Positions 18,843-29,414 of a stretch of 64,000 nucleotides of DNA are shown piece by piece. Position numbers and translations under genes: made by a program. The notes under the pieces are model-generated. The model searched no databases and was not told the origin of the DNA. It was given only the letters and a program-made list of their open reading frames with translations. The stretch comes from a virus. Numbering within the stretch: the stretch's first letter is position 1; each line of letters begins with the position of its first letter. Where the stretch lies: IMG/VR virus record IMGVR_UViG_3300028192_000001, positions 1 through 64,000 of that record. The stretch is one strand, 5' to 3'.

Positions 18843-20321
18843 TTAATATAATCCTTTAGGTAAATCGTACCATGATTTCATACTTTCATATAATTCGGGA
18901 CAAGTTTCTTTCCAATTGGTTCCTCTAATTTCGTCCAACTTATCAAGGTAATGCACAGAATTACTTCTCCATTTTATAAGCATCTTATCATCATACTTGA
19001 TCTTATACATAAAACGAACAAATCTATCTAATATTTTACAAGCATGGTTAATTTTTTGTTCCCAAGTTGCATTTTTACTATTACCATATTTTTGTTGCCA
19101 ATCTGTTTTTATAAATTTATTTTTATACTGTTCAAATCTTTCTTTTAATTTTTCTTTAAACTTATCATCTAAAATATTAATATTCAAATAAGCAGGCCTA
19201 TGTACAGGATGAGGTGTCATCACAGGTGTTTCTTCCCACGGACCAACTCTACTATAATTGCTTGACATTAAATATTCTATAAATTCTGGCAATTGCCATA
19301 TGTTTAAAATTTGAATAGTACTTGTTATATGAATATCAAAATTACCTTCTGCACTAGTAAATTTTCTAAAATTCTCTTCAATTTTCCACCACTTGCTAGG
19401 AAATCTTATTAAGTTGTTTACTTCACCAACTCCATCAATACTAACTCCCATTATTACAAGTTTAAAATACTTCCAAATTTTCCATGCCCTTTGTGGTATG
19501 TTTGTTATATTACTATTATATTCTAATACTAATTTGTCTGCAACACCAACATCAATACATTTTTGCAAAAAATCATAATGAGCATTTATCATTAATGGTT
19601 CACCACCTACAATATAAATTCGTCTAAACTGATTAATATGTTTATAAATTTGTTCCCATAAATTTGGATCATCACTCCATTCAAATATGTCTTTAGCAGG
19701 TTCTAATTTATTTTTTTTATTTTTAACAAGGTCAATCTTTTCACCACTATCATAAAAAGCATTATACCCCCAAACTTTATTATAATCATCATACCATTGA
19801 TTACTATCTGTTGGCGAACACATTATACATTTAAGATTACATAAATTTCCAAAACGTATATCAAGAAATGTTATTGGAAACTCTTCATTTTTAATTGTAC
19901 CATCTGATTGTGTTAATGCTTTTGCTTTTTCATAACTTGGATACGACTCTTGTTCTGTAATTTCTGCTAATAACGATCTTTCATATATGTTTCGAGATTT
20001 CATTCCACTTTTAAATTCTCTTTCACACCTTAAACACGGTTCTGACCATTTTCCTTCCAACATATCTTTACGAACATTTTTCATCATTGTACTATTAAGA
20101 ACATCATTCCAACTGGCGGAATCTATATGTAAATTTTTTCCATTACTATCTTTTATTGTTCCTCTACTTTCACTTGCCGCACTATGACAACATACTCTAA
20201 AAGAACCGTTTCCTTTAACACTAATATGAGTCCAAGGCAATACACACCAACTGTCTGGAGCATTTTTATTGGCTTCCATATTAGTATGATAAGAATCTTT
20301 AAGTTTTTTTACTTTGGCCAT
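18843..20321 (-). CDS. N-terminal twitch domain radical SAM protein (class A)
   Basis: WCVLPW...RVCC...CLRC, then CNLKCIMC, VGGEP, SIDG. Confidence 0.88.
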   Translation of the reverse strand: MAKVKKLKDSYHTNMEANKNAPDSWCVLPWTHISVKGNGSFRVCCHSAASESRGTIKDSNGKNLHIDSASWNDVLNSTMMKNVRKDMLEGKWSEPCLRCEREFKSGMKSRNIYERSLLAEITEQESYPSYEKAKALTQSDGTIKNEEFPITFLDIRFGNLCNLKCIMCSPTDSNQWYDDYNKVWGYNAFYDSGEKIDLVKNKKNKLEPAKDIFEWSDDPNLWEQIYKHINQFRRIYIVGGEPLMINAHYDFLQKCIDVGVADKLVLEYNSNITNIPQRAWKIWKYFKLVIMGVSIDGVGEVNNLIRFPSKWWKIEENFRKFTSAEGNFDIHITSTIQILNIWQLPEFIEYLMSSNYSRVGPWEETPVMTPHPVHRPAYLNINILDDKFKEKLKERFEQYKNKFIKTDWQQKYGNSKNATWEQKINHACKILDRFVRFMYKIKYDDKMLIKWRSNSVHYLDKLDEIRGTNWKETCPELYESMKSWYDLPKGLY

Positions 20322-21526
20322 GATCCATAACCTCCTATATCATAATCTTCATCTGGCCATAATTCTGCTATCTCCGGCAATACCTTTCTCCAATTGGTTG
20401 CTCTTGCTTTATCTAAATCATTTAAATAATTGTATAAAGTTTTATTATATTTTTCCCACGTATGTTCATTTGACATTAAGTTTAAATAAAATTGTTGATT
20501 GTAAATATTAACACTTTTCATTTTATTAATAATCTCATTTTTAAATTCCTTTGGTAAGTTTTTTATACTCATATGTTTTGGTGTTTCCACCCAATCTGCT
20601 AATCTAAAATCAATATTTGGCCATTTTTCAGTACAATATCTATAAGTGTTTGGTAAGTGCCAAATATTCGTATTATACGCGGTCCAATTGAAATATGGTT
20701 CAAACATTTTATTATCATTTGTTTCATTTAAATAATCAAACATTTTTTCAACGCTTTTCCATTTCATTGGAAACCTTAAAAATTCTGCTACTTCTCCTAT
20801 TGCATCTAAACTAATACCTAATGTAACTCTTTTAAATTTTTTAAGTTTATCAATATTATTTTTAGTTAATAAAGTTGCATTAGTAACATAATAAAATTCT
20901 ACATGAAACTCTTTATTATTATGCAACCACTCTAATAAAGCATTGTGTTCTTTACTTGCAAATGGTTCTCCACCTAAGAACGATAACTTATGAATGCTCC
21001 CAATATTTTTTCTAATATAATCCCAAATATCTCCTTTTTCTGATATCCATTCATTATTAATACGATAACTTTTTGTATTTTCATATTTGTCTAATAAAAT
21101 TTTATCTTCATACCATTTTGAACTATTACCAGTCCAACAATGCACACATTTTAAATTACAAATATTGCCAACCCTTACATCTATATGATTAGGCGCCATA
21201 TCAACACTTCCATCATTATTAGTCTGTGTTCTAATTTTATCTAAATCAAATTTCCTATTCTCATTTATTTCTTGCCGTTTACTCCACCCTTCTAACTTTT
21301 CTTGTACATGACATTTTTCACAATTAGAATTTTTAACACCATTTAACATATCTTTACGTAATTGCTTATAAAAATCACTATTCCATGCTTCTTCAATAGA
21401 CATTTTACTCAAACTTGGCAAATCTGGATTTGCTTTACTTCTGCCACATGGACGTATTCTTCCAAACGTGTTCATACCTAAACTAGTCCAGGCTAATATA
21501 CAAGCGGTACCATTATCGTTTTTCAT
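20309..21526 (-). CDS. N-terminal twitch domain radical SAM protein (class A)
   Basis: ACILAW...RPC...CEKC, then CNLKCVHC, LGGEP, SLDA. Confidence 0.88.
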   Translation of the reverse strand: MKNDNGTACILAWTSLGMNTFGRIRPCGRSKANPDLPSLSKMSIEEAWNSDFYKQLRKDMLNGVKNSNCEKCHVQEKLEGWSKRQEINENRKFDLDKIRTQTNNDGSVDMAPNHIDVRVGNICNLKCVHCWTGNSSKWYEDKILLDKYENTKSYRINNEWISEKGDIWDYIRKNIGSIHKLSFLGGEPFASKEHNALLEWLHNNKEFHVEFYYVTNATLLTKNNIDKLKKFKRVTLGISLDAIGEVAEFLRFPMKWKSVEKMFDYLNETNDNKMFEPYFNWTAYNTNIWHLPNTYRYCTEKWPNIDFRLADWVETPKHMSIKNLPKEFKNEIINKMKSVNIYNQQFYLNLMSNEHTWEKYNKTLYNYLNDLDKARATNWRKVLPEIAELWPDEDYDIGGYGSWPK

Positions 21527-22350
21527 TCTACTAACTTCCTTAATAATAATCTAACACCAACAGGTCTGTTTCCGTCCCATGCAAGATGTATTGCTTTTGT
21601 AGGTGTAAGATTATAGTCTCTACATATTTTTTTATATGCTTCACCATATTTGTTTTGCCAAAAATCTGGACCAAACTTATCAATAAACTTTGTACCCATC
21701 CAAACAAGTATCTGATTATTCATATTAAACTGATTCATTATAGAAATTGGCCCCTGTGTAAAGTCTTTACTATATCTAACTCCAATTCTATTTGCACCTA
21801 ACCCAAGTGATTTGCTTAAACTAAATCCAACACTTTTAATGCACGGTTCAAGAAAATTAAAATTAATATCCCGACAACACCCATACCAACAAGCATCAAT
21901 ATGTACATTTACATTTCTTTTATTACTAATCTTAATAATATTGTCCATCTGTGGATGTATATCTCCATAATAAGGAAAAGGCATACTAATAATCAGGTTA
22001 TCATTCTCAACTAATTCTTCTGGTTCTTTAATTACTAACTTGTCACCAAGCAATCTCCAATGATACCTGTATTCGTTTTCTAACACAACAATTTTTCGTG
22101 TTTGATGCAAATCATCTAAGTATTGTGTTACACCAACAATTATATCTCTATTTTTAAATGTGCCTAATCCTGGTACAGAATTAAGTTGGCTTGTTATTAA
22201 CCAATCATGAAATTTTCTTTTAAATGTACTCATTAACTTATCTGGCTCTGATGCAAAATTTTCACCACTTTTTAAAATTTCAGAAATATAATTATGTACT
22301 TCTGAATCGTACATACTTTGTGGTCTACTATATTGTAATAATTCTCTCAT
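21523..22350 (-). CDS. PLP-dependent enzyme-like protein (fold type I, compact)
   Basis: HIDACW (PLP-binding Asp) and FSLSKSLGLGANRIG (Schiff-base Lys motif). Confidence 0.6.
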   Translation of the reverse strand: MRELLQYSRPQSMYDSEVHNYISEILKSGENFASEPDKLMSTFKRKFHDWLITSQLNSVPGLGTFKNRDIIVGVTQYLDDLHQTRKIVVLENEYRYHWRLLGDKLVIKEPEELVENDNLIISMPFPYYGDIHPQMDNIIKISNKRNVNVHIDACWYGCCRDINFNFLEPCIKSVGFSLSKSLGLGANRIGVRYSKDFTQGPISIMNQFNMNNQILVWMGTKFIDKFGPDFWQNKYGEAYKKICRDYNLTPTKAIHLAWDGNRPVGVRLLLRKLVE

Positions 22351-23465
22351 TATAAACCAAACCTTTCTATAATATGTTCAGGCAACCATTCTTTTGATGG
22401 CATTAATGGATCGTTTATACCTTCCCATCTATCACTTTTTACCAATACTAATCGGATTCCAATTTCATTGGCTAATTTTTTAGCATCTTCAACTTGATGT
22501 TCATTAAATTTAAAAACAATAAACTGCCAACTACTTCTTGTAAACCCATATTCAGCACCTAATCTCATTGCCTCTATCGATTCATTAAACCTAATATATT
22601 TTCTGTATAAATGAGCAGTATCTTCAAGGCCGTCTACACCAAAAATTATTTCATCATGGACTGGATCTAAAGCACTATACAATTCTTTCCACCATTCTGC
22701 TTTTTTTCCTGATCCATTTGTATGCAAATATATTTGAAGACTCTGATCTTTCGTATGTTTTCTAATATATTTTACAATATCAATAAATTGTGGATTATAT
22801 ATTGCATCACCGACTGATCCACAAAAATCATAATTTCTATATTGCATTCCATCACCAACAATTTTTGCTATATCATCTACTGTAAGTTCATCTTGTAAAA
22901 CTTCTCTTCTTTGTCCTTTATTTGGACCATCTGATATAAATCTTGAACATTTTGGACAACCTAATCGACATCTATGAGTAGCATCCAATTGAATTTTACG
23001 AGATCCTTTAAAAACTCCATCTACATTCAAATAAGGATCGCGTATATTCCATGCACCATCTTTTAATCTACTTGTATTACCAGTTTCAGCATCTGTTTTA
23101 TACTTTGCCTGTGTACCTAAACTATTTGGTCGTTCAGTATAACATTTATGAAGACATCTTTTTGGCAAATGACTTACATCATCATCTACAATAGGTTTTT
23201 GTAAACTTTTAAAGAAATTTTTATATAATGTAGATTCAAATACTTCATTTATATTATTATAATTGTTCAAATTAGTTACAGGATCACGTAACCACTTAAC
23301 ATGATTTATTGGCCATTCATTTGGTCCACGACCACCTTCCATTGGTGGAGAATTTGGCTCCCATCCATGGTCCGAAAAATAACAACATGGTCTTACAAAC
23401 TTATCATGAGTAAGATAGTACGGTCTACCTTGTAAACATTTTGGTGCAAAAACTTTTTTACCCAT
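22350..23465 (-). CDS. radical SAM protein, class C core with the SPASM/twitch domain at the N-terminus
   Basis: PKC...RPCC...RCLHKC, then CRLGCPKC, HTNGS, FGVDGLEDTAHLYR, WQFIVFKFNEHQ. Confidence 0.85.
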   Translation of the reverse strand: MGKKVFAPKCLQGRPYYLTHDKFVRPCCYFSDHGWEPNSPPMEGGRGPNEWPINHVKWLRDPVTNLNNYNNINEVFESTLYKNFFKSLQKPIVDDDVSHLPKRCLHKCYTERPNSLGTQAKYKTDAETGNTSRLKDGAWNIRDPYLNVDGVFKGSRKIQLDATHRCRLGCPKCSRFISDGPNKGQRREVLQDELTVDDIAKIVGDGMQYRNYDFCGSVGDAIYNPQFIDIVKYIRKHTKDQSLQIYLHTNGSGKKAEWWKELYSALDPVHDEIIFGVDGLEDTAHLYRKYIRFNESIEAMRLGAEYGFTRSSWQFIVFKFNEHQVEDAKKLANEIGIRLVLVKSDRWEGINDPLMPSKEWLPEHIIERFGL

Positions 23466-24036
23466 TATTAACCCTCACTACATCTAAACACAACTCACTT
23501 ATATTAATATTATCAGGCTGTTCAACTAACCATTTAATTGTTTTTGCAACATAACCAAGATCTAACTTTGGCATATCAGGATGTTTTTTATCTTCTACTG
23601 GTGTATGCATCCATCCTGGAGAAATATACGTTACTTTGAATCCACTAAAATTATCACCAGCAACCATTTGACTTAATCCTCTGCAATATGCTCTTAAAGC
23701 CTTTTTCTCACCTGGATACAACCAGGTACTTGCTTTTACAGGTGTGTCTGCACTTGATCCAATTGCAATAATATATCCTTTATGCTTTTTTTCTTTCCAA
23801 AGTTTTGCTATTTCTTGAATTGCTGATGTTTGATGAAACTTCCATAAAGAACTAACACTTATAAACACATCATATGACAAACTCAATTCAGCAAGGTCTC
23901 GTTGATTTCTTAAAGAACATAAATCTTTCTTTAATCCTGTTGTTCTACTAACAAACGTTGCATCTGGCCATATTTTACAAAGTGCACCACTGAGACCGTA
24001 CTCTTGATTGCCAGCAATAAGAATATTTTTAGTCAT
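23458..24036 (-). CDS. short-chain dehydrogenase/reductase-like protein
   Basis: ILIAG...YGLS, IIAIGSS, YPGEK (YxxxK), VTYISPGWMHT, NISEL. Confidence 0.7.
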   Translation of the reverse strand: MTKNILIAGNQEYGLSGALCKIWPDATFVSRTTGLKKDLCSLRNQRDLAELSLSYDVFISVSSLWKFHQTSAIQEIAKLWKEKKHKGYIIAIGSSADTPVKASTWLYPGEKKALRAYCRGLSQMVAGDNFSGFKVTYISPGWMHTPVEDKKHPDMPKLDLGYVAKTIKWLVEQPDNINISELCLDVVRVNNG

Positions 24037-25267
24037 CTAATAACCTCGCAAATTCTGGTACAACTTTTCTAAAGTCTTCACCACGCCTTTTATCTAATGT
24101 TGAAGTAAAATCTTTAAAATAAGTCTTATTTTCATTCCATAAGTCTTCACTCATTGTATACTTTACAATATAATCCCAATTTTGTTGTTGTCTTACAGTT
24201 GGTGCATTTACTAATCTTTCTACAACAATTTTTTTTGCCCATTGTGGTAATGCAGTACAACTAATATATTGTGGATGTAAACAATGTGTATGATTTATCC
24301 AAGCACCATTATCAAATTTATCTCTATTATATTTGTTCATCATATCTGCCCACCACGATGTTATATTTGGAACATCTAAAACATTTAACAATGTAATAGT
24401 AGGACGAGTTCCTACATGAACATTCATTTCTTTGCTTAATTGCATTAACGTTTTTACAACATTTTCAATTGTTTTCCATTTTGTTGGATATCGTTGATAT
24501 TCAATTACTGGTCCAACTCCATCAATACTAGTAGCAAACTCAACTTTTTTAAATTTACTCCAAATATTGATTAACTTATTAGTAGGCATAACTGTACAAT
24601 TTGTTGAATAATTTAAATAAACCTTATCTGCTCTACCCATATCAATAATTTTTTCAAGTATTTCGCGATATTCTGGAATTAAAAAAGGTTCTCCGCCTGT
24701 CATTTTTATATGTCTTACTGTTGGCAACACAGAATCTAACTTTGTTATATCAATAATATTATCTTTATTACTTTGAGCAATGACTTCATCGATTTGCTCG
24801 TCAGTAACACTATAACTAGGATATTTAAATCCTATTACGTGTCTTTTAACTGCTTTCCAATCTTTATACCAGTTAGTACTATAATATGGACCACACATTC
24901 TACAACTTAAATTACATCGATTACTAAAACTTAACTCCAACCAAGTAATCTTTGGATTATTCCTATCTAAATCTCTATGCAACTCTCCTATATCTTCAAT
25001 ATTTCTATTATAATTTTGTCTAAGGCTTAATCTTTTACCACCATCTTCTTCTTGCCAACACTTTATACATCCTGGATGCCTAATACCATTTGCAAGATCT
25101 TTTCTTACAACATTTTGATGTTCTCCTAAAAAAACTTCTTCAAGTGTTTTGTCATCTTTTATACTTTTCTTAAGTTTTTTAGGCATAACAAATCTACAAC
25201 AAGGTTTAATATTTCCGTCTGGCCCTATAAATTGATGATTCCATGCAAGTGAACAAAAAGTTTCCAT
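24029..25267 (-). CDS. N-terminal twitch domain radical SAM protein (class A)
   Basis: FCSLAW...KPCC...CIKC, then CNLSCRMC, TGGEP, SIDG. Confidence 0.88.
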   Translation of the reverse strand: METFCSLAWNHQFIGPDGNIKPCCRFVMPKKLKKSIKDDKTLEEVFLGEHQNVVRKDLANGIRHPGCIKCWQEEDGGKRLSLRQNYNRNIEDIGELHRDLDRNNPKITWLELSFSNRCNLSCRMCGPYYSTNWYKDWKAVKRHVIGFKYPSYSVTDEQIDEVIAQSNKDNIIDITKLDSVLPTVRHIKMTGGEPFLIPEYREILEKIIDMGRADKVYLNYSTNCTVMPTNKLINIWSKFKKVEFATSIDGVGPVIEYQRYPTKWKTIENVVKTLMQLSKEMNVHVGTRPTITLLNVLDVPNITSWWADMMNKYNRDKFDNGAWINHTHCLHPQYISCTALPQWAKKIVVERLVNAPTVRQQQNWDYIVKYTMSEDLWNENKTYFKDFTSTLDKRRGEDFRKVVPEFARLLDD

Positions 25268-26670
25268 TATAATAATCCTTTAAAAATAGGAAAAACTTTT
25301 AAAAATCTATCGTCCCAATTACGTTGTTTGTTTAAAAGATTAATCCATTCTTGTGTTTGTGGGAATCTTTCACTCCAATCTTCTGCCATCATAAAATTAA
25401 TAACACCTTGAAATCGTTTTTTACCGTATACGGCACCTAAAAAATCTTCTTTTGTTATACCTGCTTGTTTAACACCTGTAAACTTATCCCAATTATCATC
25501 AATCCATGGATAAAATTCTTTTTCATACTTGTCTTTTATTTGTTGTTTTATATTTTGTGGTAAAACTTTAACATTTAATTGAGGTGGCCAATAAGCAAAG
25601 TGACAATTAATTCCTCCAGCACCTAAAGGCCATTTATTAATTTTTTTGAATCCTTGCTCAACTTTCCATTTTGTAAGTTCTGGCAAGTAAGCAACGTTTA
25701 ATGCCATTATAGTTGTTGCTGTTGTTATTTCATGCTTTGGATGTGTGCCATCTAAAATATGAAATACTTCTTCTTGTCTTTTCCATTGTGATGGGTATCT
25801 AATATAATCATTTTGTTCACCTAATGCATCAATTGAATAATGAAATCTTACTCTTTTAAATTGATCCCATAAGTCAAATAAATCATCTCTCCACTCTACT
25901 CCGTTTGAATTATATCTTAACTCCATGTTTTTTGCATGACCTCTTTTAATACATTCTTCTAATAGTTCATAGTGCTCTTTAATAACTAATGACTCACCAC
26001 CAGCAAAATATAACTGATACATATGAGGTATTTGATCCATTAAATCTTTCCAGAATCTTGGATTATTTTTATGCCAGTTATAACTAGCACCATCTTTTCT
26101 TCCTTTATTATCCCATTGGCTTGTACTTTTTAATTTTTCATTTTTTATTTGTGGGTGCATTTGTTGCCATTCTTTAATCCACCCGCTAGAATCATGAGGT
26201 GAACACATAACACAGGCCAATTGGCATTTACTTCCTAAACGTAAATCAATATATCTAATCTTTGGTGGTGTAGATCCATCTTCGTTTGTTTCTTTTACTA
26301 ATTCGTCTATATTAAAACGATTACCCCAATATTCAGTTTCCCAATTTCGTTTACTATAATGTCCTGCATCTTCTTCTTTATAACATTTTAAACACGGAGC
26401 AGGCTTTCCACCACGCAACATTATTTTTCTTACATTTCTCATATAAGAACTATTCCATGCTTCTTCTAATGTTGTATGATTAAAATTTGCTGGAACTCCA
26501 TCCTCACGTCTTATTATTCCAACTTCACCACCACCTATTTTTTTACTTGAATCAGGATCTTGTACTGAACTTGCATTTGACGTACAACAAGTTCTCATCT
26601 TGCCATCTGGTCTACTGCTTAAATGTAACCACGGCAATGCACAAAAAGTTTCTGACGGTAATTTATTCAT
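25267..26670 (-). CDS. N-terminal twitch domain radical SAM protein (class A)
   Basis: FCALPW...RTCC...CLKC, then CQLACVMC, AGGES, SIDA. Confidence 0.88.
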   Translation of the reverse strand: MNKLPSETFCALPWLHLSSRPDGKMRTCCTSNASSVQDPDSSKKIGGGEVGIIRREDGVPANFNHTTLEEAWNSSYMRNVRKIMLRGGKPAPCLKCYKEEDAGHYSKRNWETEYWGNRFNIDELVKETNEDGSTPPKIRYIDLRLGSKCQLACVMCSPHDSSGWIKEWQQMHPQIKNEKLKSTSQWDNKGRKDGASYNWHKNNPRFWKDLMDQIPHMYQLYFAGGESLVIKEHYELLEECIKRGHAKNMELRYNSNGVEWRDDLFDLWDQFKRVRFHYSIDALGEQNDYIRYPSQWKRQEEVFHILDGTHPKHEITTATTIMALNVAYLPELTKWKVEQGFKKINKWPLGAGGINCHFAYWPPQLNVKVLPQNIKQQIKDKYEKEFYPWIDDNWDKFTGVKQAGITKEDFLGAVYGKKRFQGVINFMMAEDWSERFPQTQEWINLLNKQRNWDDRFLKVFPIFKGLL

Positions 26671-27748
26671 ATTGTGACCCCACTACATCAAATTGTTTAG
26701 TACATTTCATTGCACATACTTTTAACCTGCCATCATTACACCCTTTCTTATTCCAACTTGCGGCAATATCATCAAATATACCTGTAGCAAATACTCCTTC
26801 TAATCCTACTTTGGTTGCTTTCAAGGCTTCTTTGCCTCCTGCTCTATCAATGTAATCCCAAATTTGTTCTACCTTAGGATCTTTATGCCACCATTTATAC
26901 ATACGTCCTGCTGTCCAACAACAAGGCAAAACAATTCCTTCTGCACTTACATAGATACTTCCAGTTTTTGCTACCTTACATGATATTTCTGCAACATCAT
27001 AAAAAGCATCCATGGTTCCATATTGTTCTAATATACTTTTTTGTTTTTTTAATGCAGGATTTTTTAAATCATCACTTATTGGTTCTTTAAGTAATGTTGT
27101 TTTTTTACCTTTTCTGTTTACTGCTTGATGACTATCTTTCTTTTCTGACGTGTGTCCTGTAATAAATCTTGAACTTTTTTTAACAACAAATTCTTCTACA
27201 TTCCATCTTTTTGCAGTTTCTCTTGCTTCTTCAATTTGGTGTTCATTGTAATCAAAAACAAGAAAATCCCAACGTGCTCTTCCACCACTCTCAACAAAAG
27301 CATGAAACGAACGTTCAACTAGTTTCCATTGCACATTTTGTCTATATAAATGATTTGTATCTTCGAGACCATCTACTGAAAATATCACTCTTCCGTGTGT
27401 CCCTAATACTTCTGCTAATTCATGCCACCAATGTTCATCTCTTGCACCTGCATTGGTATTCATGCTGAGCCACATAGTTGGATTATGTTTTCTAAAATAT
27501 TTTAAAACTTCTAATGTATCTTCAGCAATAATAGGATCACCATGATTCCCACACATCTGCATGGCTGTAAGTTGCTTAATAAATGTTGGTGAAAATATTT
27601 TTTGGGCGTCTTTTAATGTTAATTGATCTAAATGAAGATGAGGATTTAATGCTCCACCGTTCATATTTCTGTCGCACATACTACACGCGGCTTGGCATTT
27701 TTGCGTAATTTCTAAATGAACTTGTCTAATGTCTTCTAGTTTATACAT
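26663..27748 (-). CDS. radical SAM protein, C-terminal SPASM/twitch domain (class C)
   Basis: CQAACSMC, CGNHGDP, FSVDGLEDTNHLYR, WDFLVFDYNEHQ, C...PCCW...CAMKC. Confidence 0.88.
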   Translation of the reverse strand: MYKLEDIRQVHLEITQKCQAACSMCDRNMNGGALNPHLHLDQLTLKDAQKIFSPTFIKQLTAMQMCGNHGDPIIAEDTLEVLKYFRKHNPTMWLSMNTNAGARDEHWWHELAEVLGTHGRVIFSVDGLEDTNHLYRQNVQWKLVERSFHAFVESGGRARWDFLVFDYNEHQIEEARETAKRWNVEEFVVKKSSRFITGHTSEKKDSHQAVNRKGKKTTLLKEPISDDLKNPALKKQKSILEQYGTMDAFYDVAEISCKVAKTGSIYVSAEGIVLPCCWTAGRMYKWWHKDPKVEQIWDYIDRAGGKEALKATKVGLEGVFATGIFDDIAASWNKKGCNDGRLKVCAMKCTKQFDVVGSQYE

Positions 27749-27813
27749 AATAATCCTGAGTTATTACAACCTAATCTTATTGCAAGATTAAAGATTTTTT
27801 TACTCGTTTGTAT

Positions 27814-28038
27814 TTATTTGGACAAAATTAGTTTTACAGTTTTACCAGGTCCTGTTTTAGATGGCAAATCTCCATGTTTTGATATGTAATCGGCCAGTAT
27901 TGCTTTGTACCAATTTTGGCTATCATGATGAGCCATTTTATTAAATTTTGACAGATTATTACTAGTTGCATCAAACGTTGCTAATGCTCTTGCACTTTCT
28001 TGTTGTAATTCTCGTAATGTTAAATTATCTAATTCCAA
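27814..28038 (-). CDS. hypothetical protein (74 aa)
   Basis: ORF overlapping the upstream methyltransferase-like gene, co-oriented. Confidence 0.7.
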   Translation of the reverse strand: MELDNLTLRELQQESARALATFDATSNNLSKFNKMAHHDSQNWYKAILADYISKHGDLPSKTGPGKTVKLILSK

Positions 28039-28750
28039 TTCTCATAAACCTATTATATTTTATTAAATCTAGAACTCCTTCATACAAACACTCCGACATT
28101 GGTGTTTGTTTTGCAAATTCTGAAAGATTTTTAGAACAATTTACGTGTTCAGGTAAAGAAAAATAATCATTTGATTGTACACAAATAAGTTTTCCTTTTG
28201 GCAATTTACTATACCAGTCTGCAAAATTTTCTATATGTTCACATGATGTATTAATAAATGTATCGGGTACATCATATAATTCTCGTGCTTGACCATCTGC
28301 TCTATGTGTAGTGTAAGTATGTCCTGTATAATTTATATTATGAATATCTTGAGTTACGGCTTTAAATTTCCAGTCGTCTAATACGTGATCTCTATTTGAT
28401 GTATCTGCTATATTCACACATGAAGGATCTATATCGAATGATCTTATTTTTCCAATATTAAGTTTACTATTAAACATCATTAATGCCAAACTAGCATACC
28501 ATCCACCACATATAAAAACAGTTTTTAATTCTATATCTAATTGTTCTAATTTAGATATTAACCATATTTTACTATCAAGTTGTCCTCTACTTAAAACATC
28601 TAACCAATTAACATTAGGATATGCATTCATAACTTTACCCAATCGTTGTATAATAGGATACCAATTCAATTTTAAATCAGATTTTTCCTCTGAATGCATA
28701 GCATAAGATATATTGCGTAAAATATCTGCTGTTAGTTTATAATCTGTCAT
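28025..28750 (-). CDS. class I SAM-dependent methyltransferase-like protein
   Basis: VFICGGWYA (motif I-like), IRSFDID (motif II), FINTSCEH. Confidence 0.6.
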   Translation of the reverse strand: MTDYKLTADILRNISYAMHSEEKSDLKLNWYPIIQRLGKVMNAYPNVNWLDVLSRGQLDSKIWLISKLEQLDIELKTVFICGGWYASLALMMFNSKLNIGKIRSFDIDPSCVNIADTSNRDHVLDDWKFKAVTQDIHNINYTGHTYTTHRADGQARELYDVPDTFINTSCEHIENFADWYSKLPKGKLICVQSNDYFSLPEHVNCSKNLSEFAKQTPMSECLYEGVLDLIKYNRFMRIGIR

Positions 28751-29414
28751 ACTGTTTTTTTATCCAATTAAAATCATTTATTTTGTTTAATGCTTCAATA
28801 TTTCCTCTATTCTTATAACCATACTCACGTCCTGCATTTGCTCCAGCAATAGCATATTTGCCATGCGGTTTTTTTATTCCTATTGTACACCAAATATCTA
28901 ATCTTTCTTCTGTCTCCTCGTTTTTTTGATTATCAATAATTTTACTAGACAATTTAGTACATTCTCTAAATGCCGACTTCCATGTATTATATGGATCAGT
29001 ATTAAAAGCAGTAACATTTGAAACTTGTGGCATTAACATAAATTTTGAACTTATACTAGTTGTCATATCAGGACTTGTCATATCCATTTCGATAGTTTTT
29101 ATTCTAGGAAATAATTTTACACCACCATATCCGTATACTAAATCATTTATTGGATTAATGCATCTCCAAACATGAACCATATCTTCGTCCCATGATTCTG
29201 GAAGATAAGAAAAATCAAAATTATCAAGAATAATAGCATCAGCATCAATAATCCAAAACATTTTTGTCCAACACATTTTTGCTCCTACTATATGTGCTTG
29301 ACGCAGACCTTTAACATTGTCTACTCTCTTTAACATTGGAAACCTACTTAATGCTTTTTGCCAATTTTCTTCTTTTTCTTTTTCTTTATATCCAATAAAA
29401 ACTATATCATACAT
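28737..29414 (-). CDS. glycosyltransferase-like protein (GT-A, DxD)
   Basis: YDIVFI, FWIIDADA, YGYGGVKL, WKSAFRE; paralog of the 35177 gene; start taken at MYDIV. Confidence 0.6.
   Translation of the reverse strand: MYDIVFIGYKEKEKEENWQKALSRFPMLKRVDNVKGLRQAHIVGAKMCWTKMFWIIDADAIILDNFDFSYLPESWDEDMVHVWRCINPINDLVYGYGGVKLFPRIKTIEMDMTSPDMTTSISSKFMLMPQVSNVTAFNTDPYNTWKSAFRECTKLSSKIIDNQKNEETEERLDIWCTIGIKKPHGKYAIAGANAGREYGYKNRGNIEALNKINDFNWIKKQYDRL

Noticed and set aside
14106-28038. Classical RiPP cluster with the 34-aa or 74-aa ORF as precursor
   Set aside because: No recognisable RRE/PqqD domain, leader peptidase or exporter, and surrounding enzymes are sugar-directed; kept only as a minor alternative
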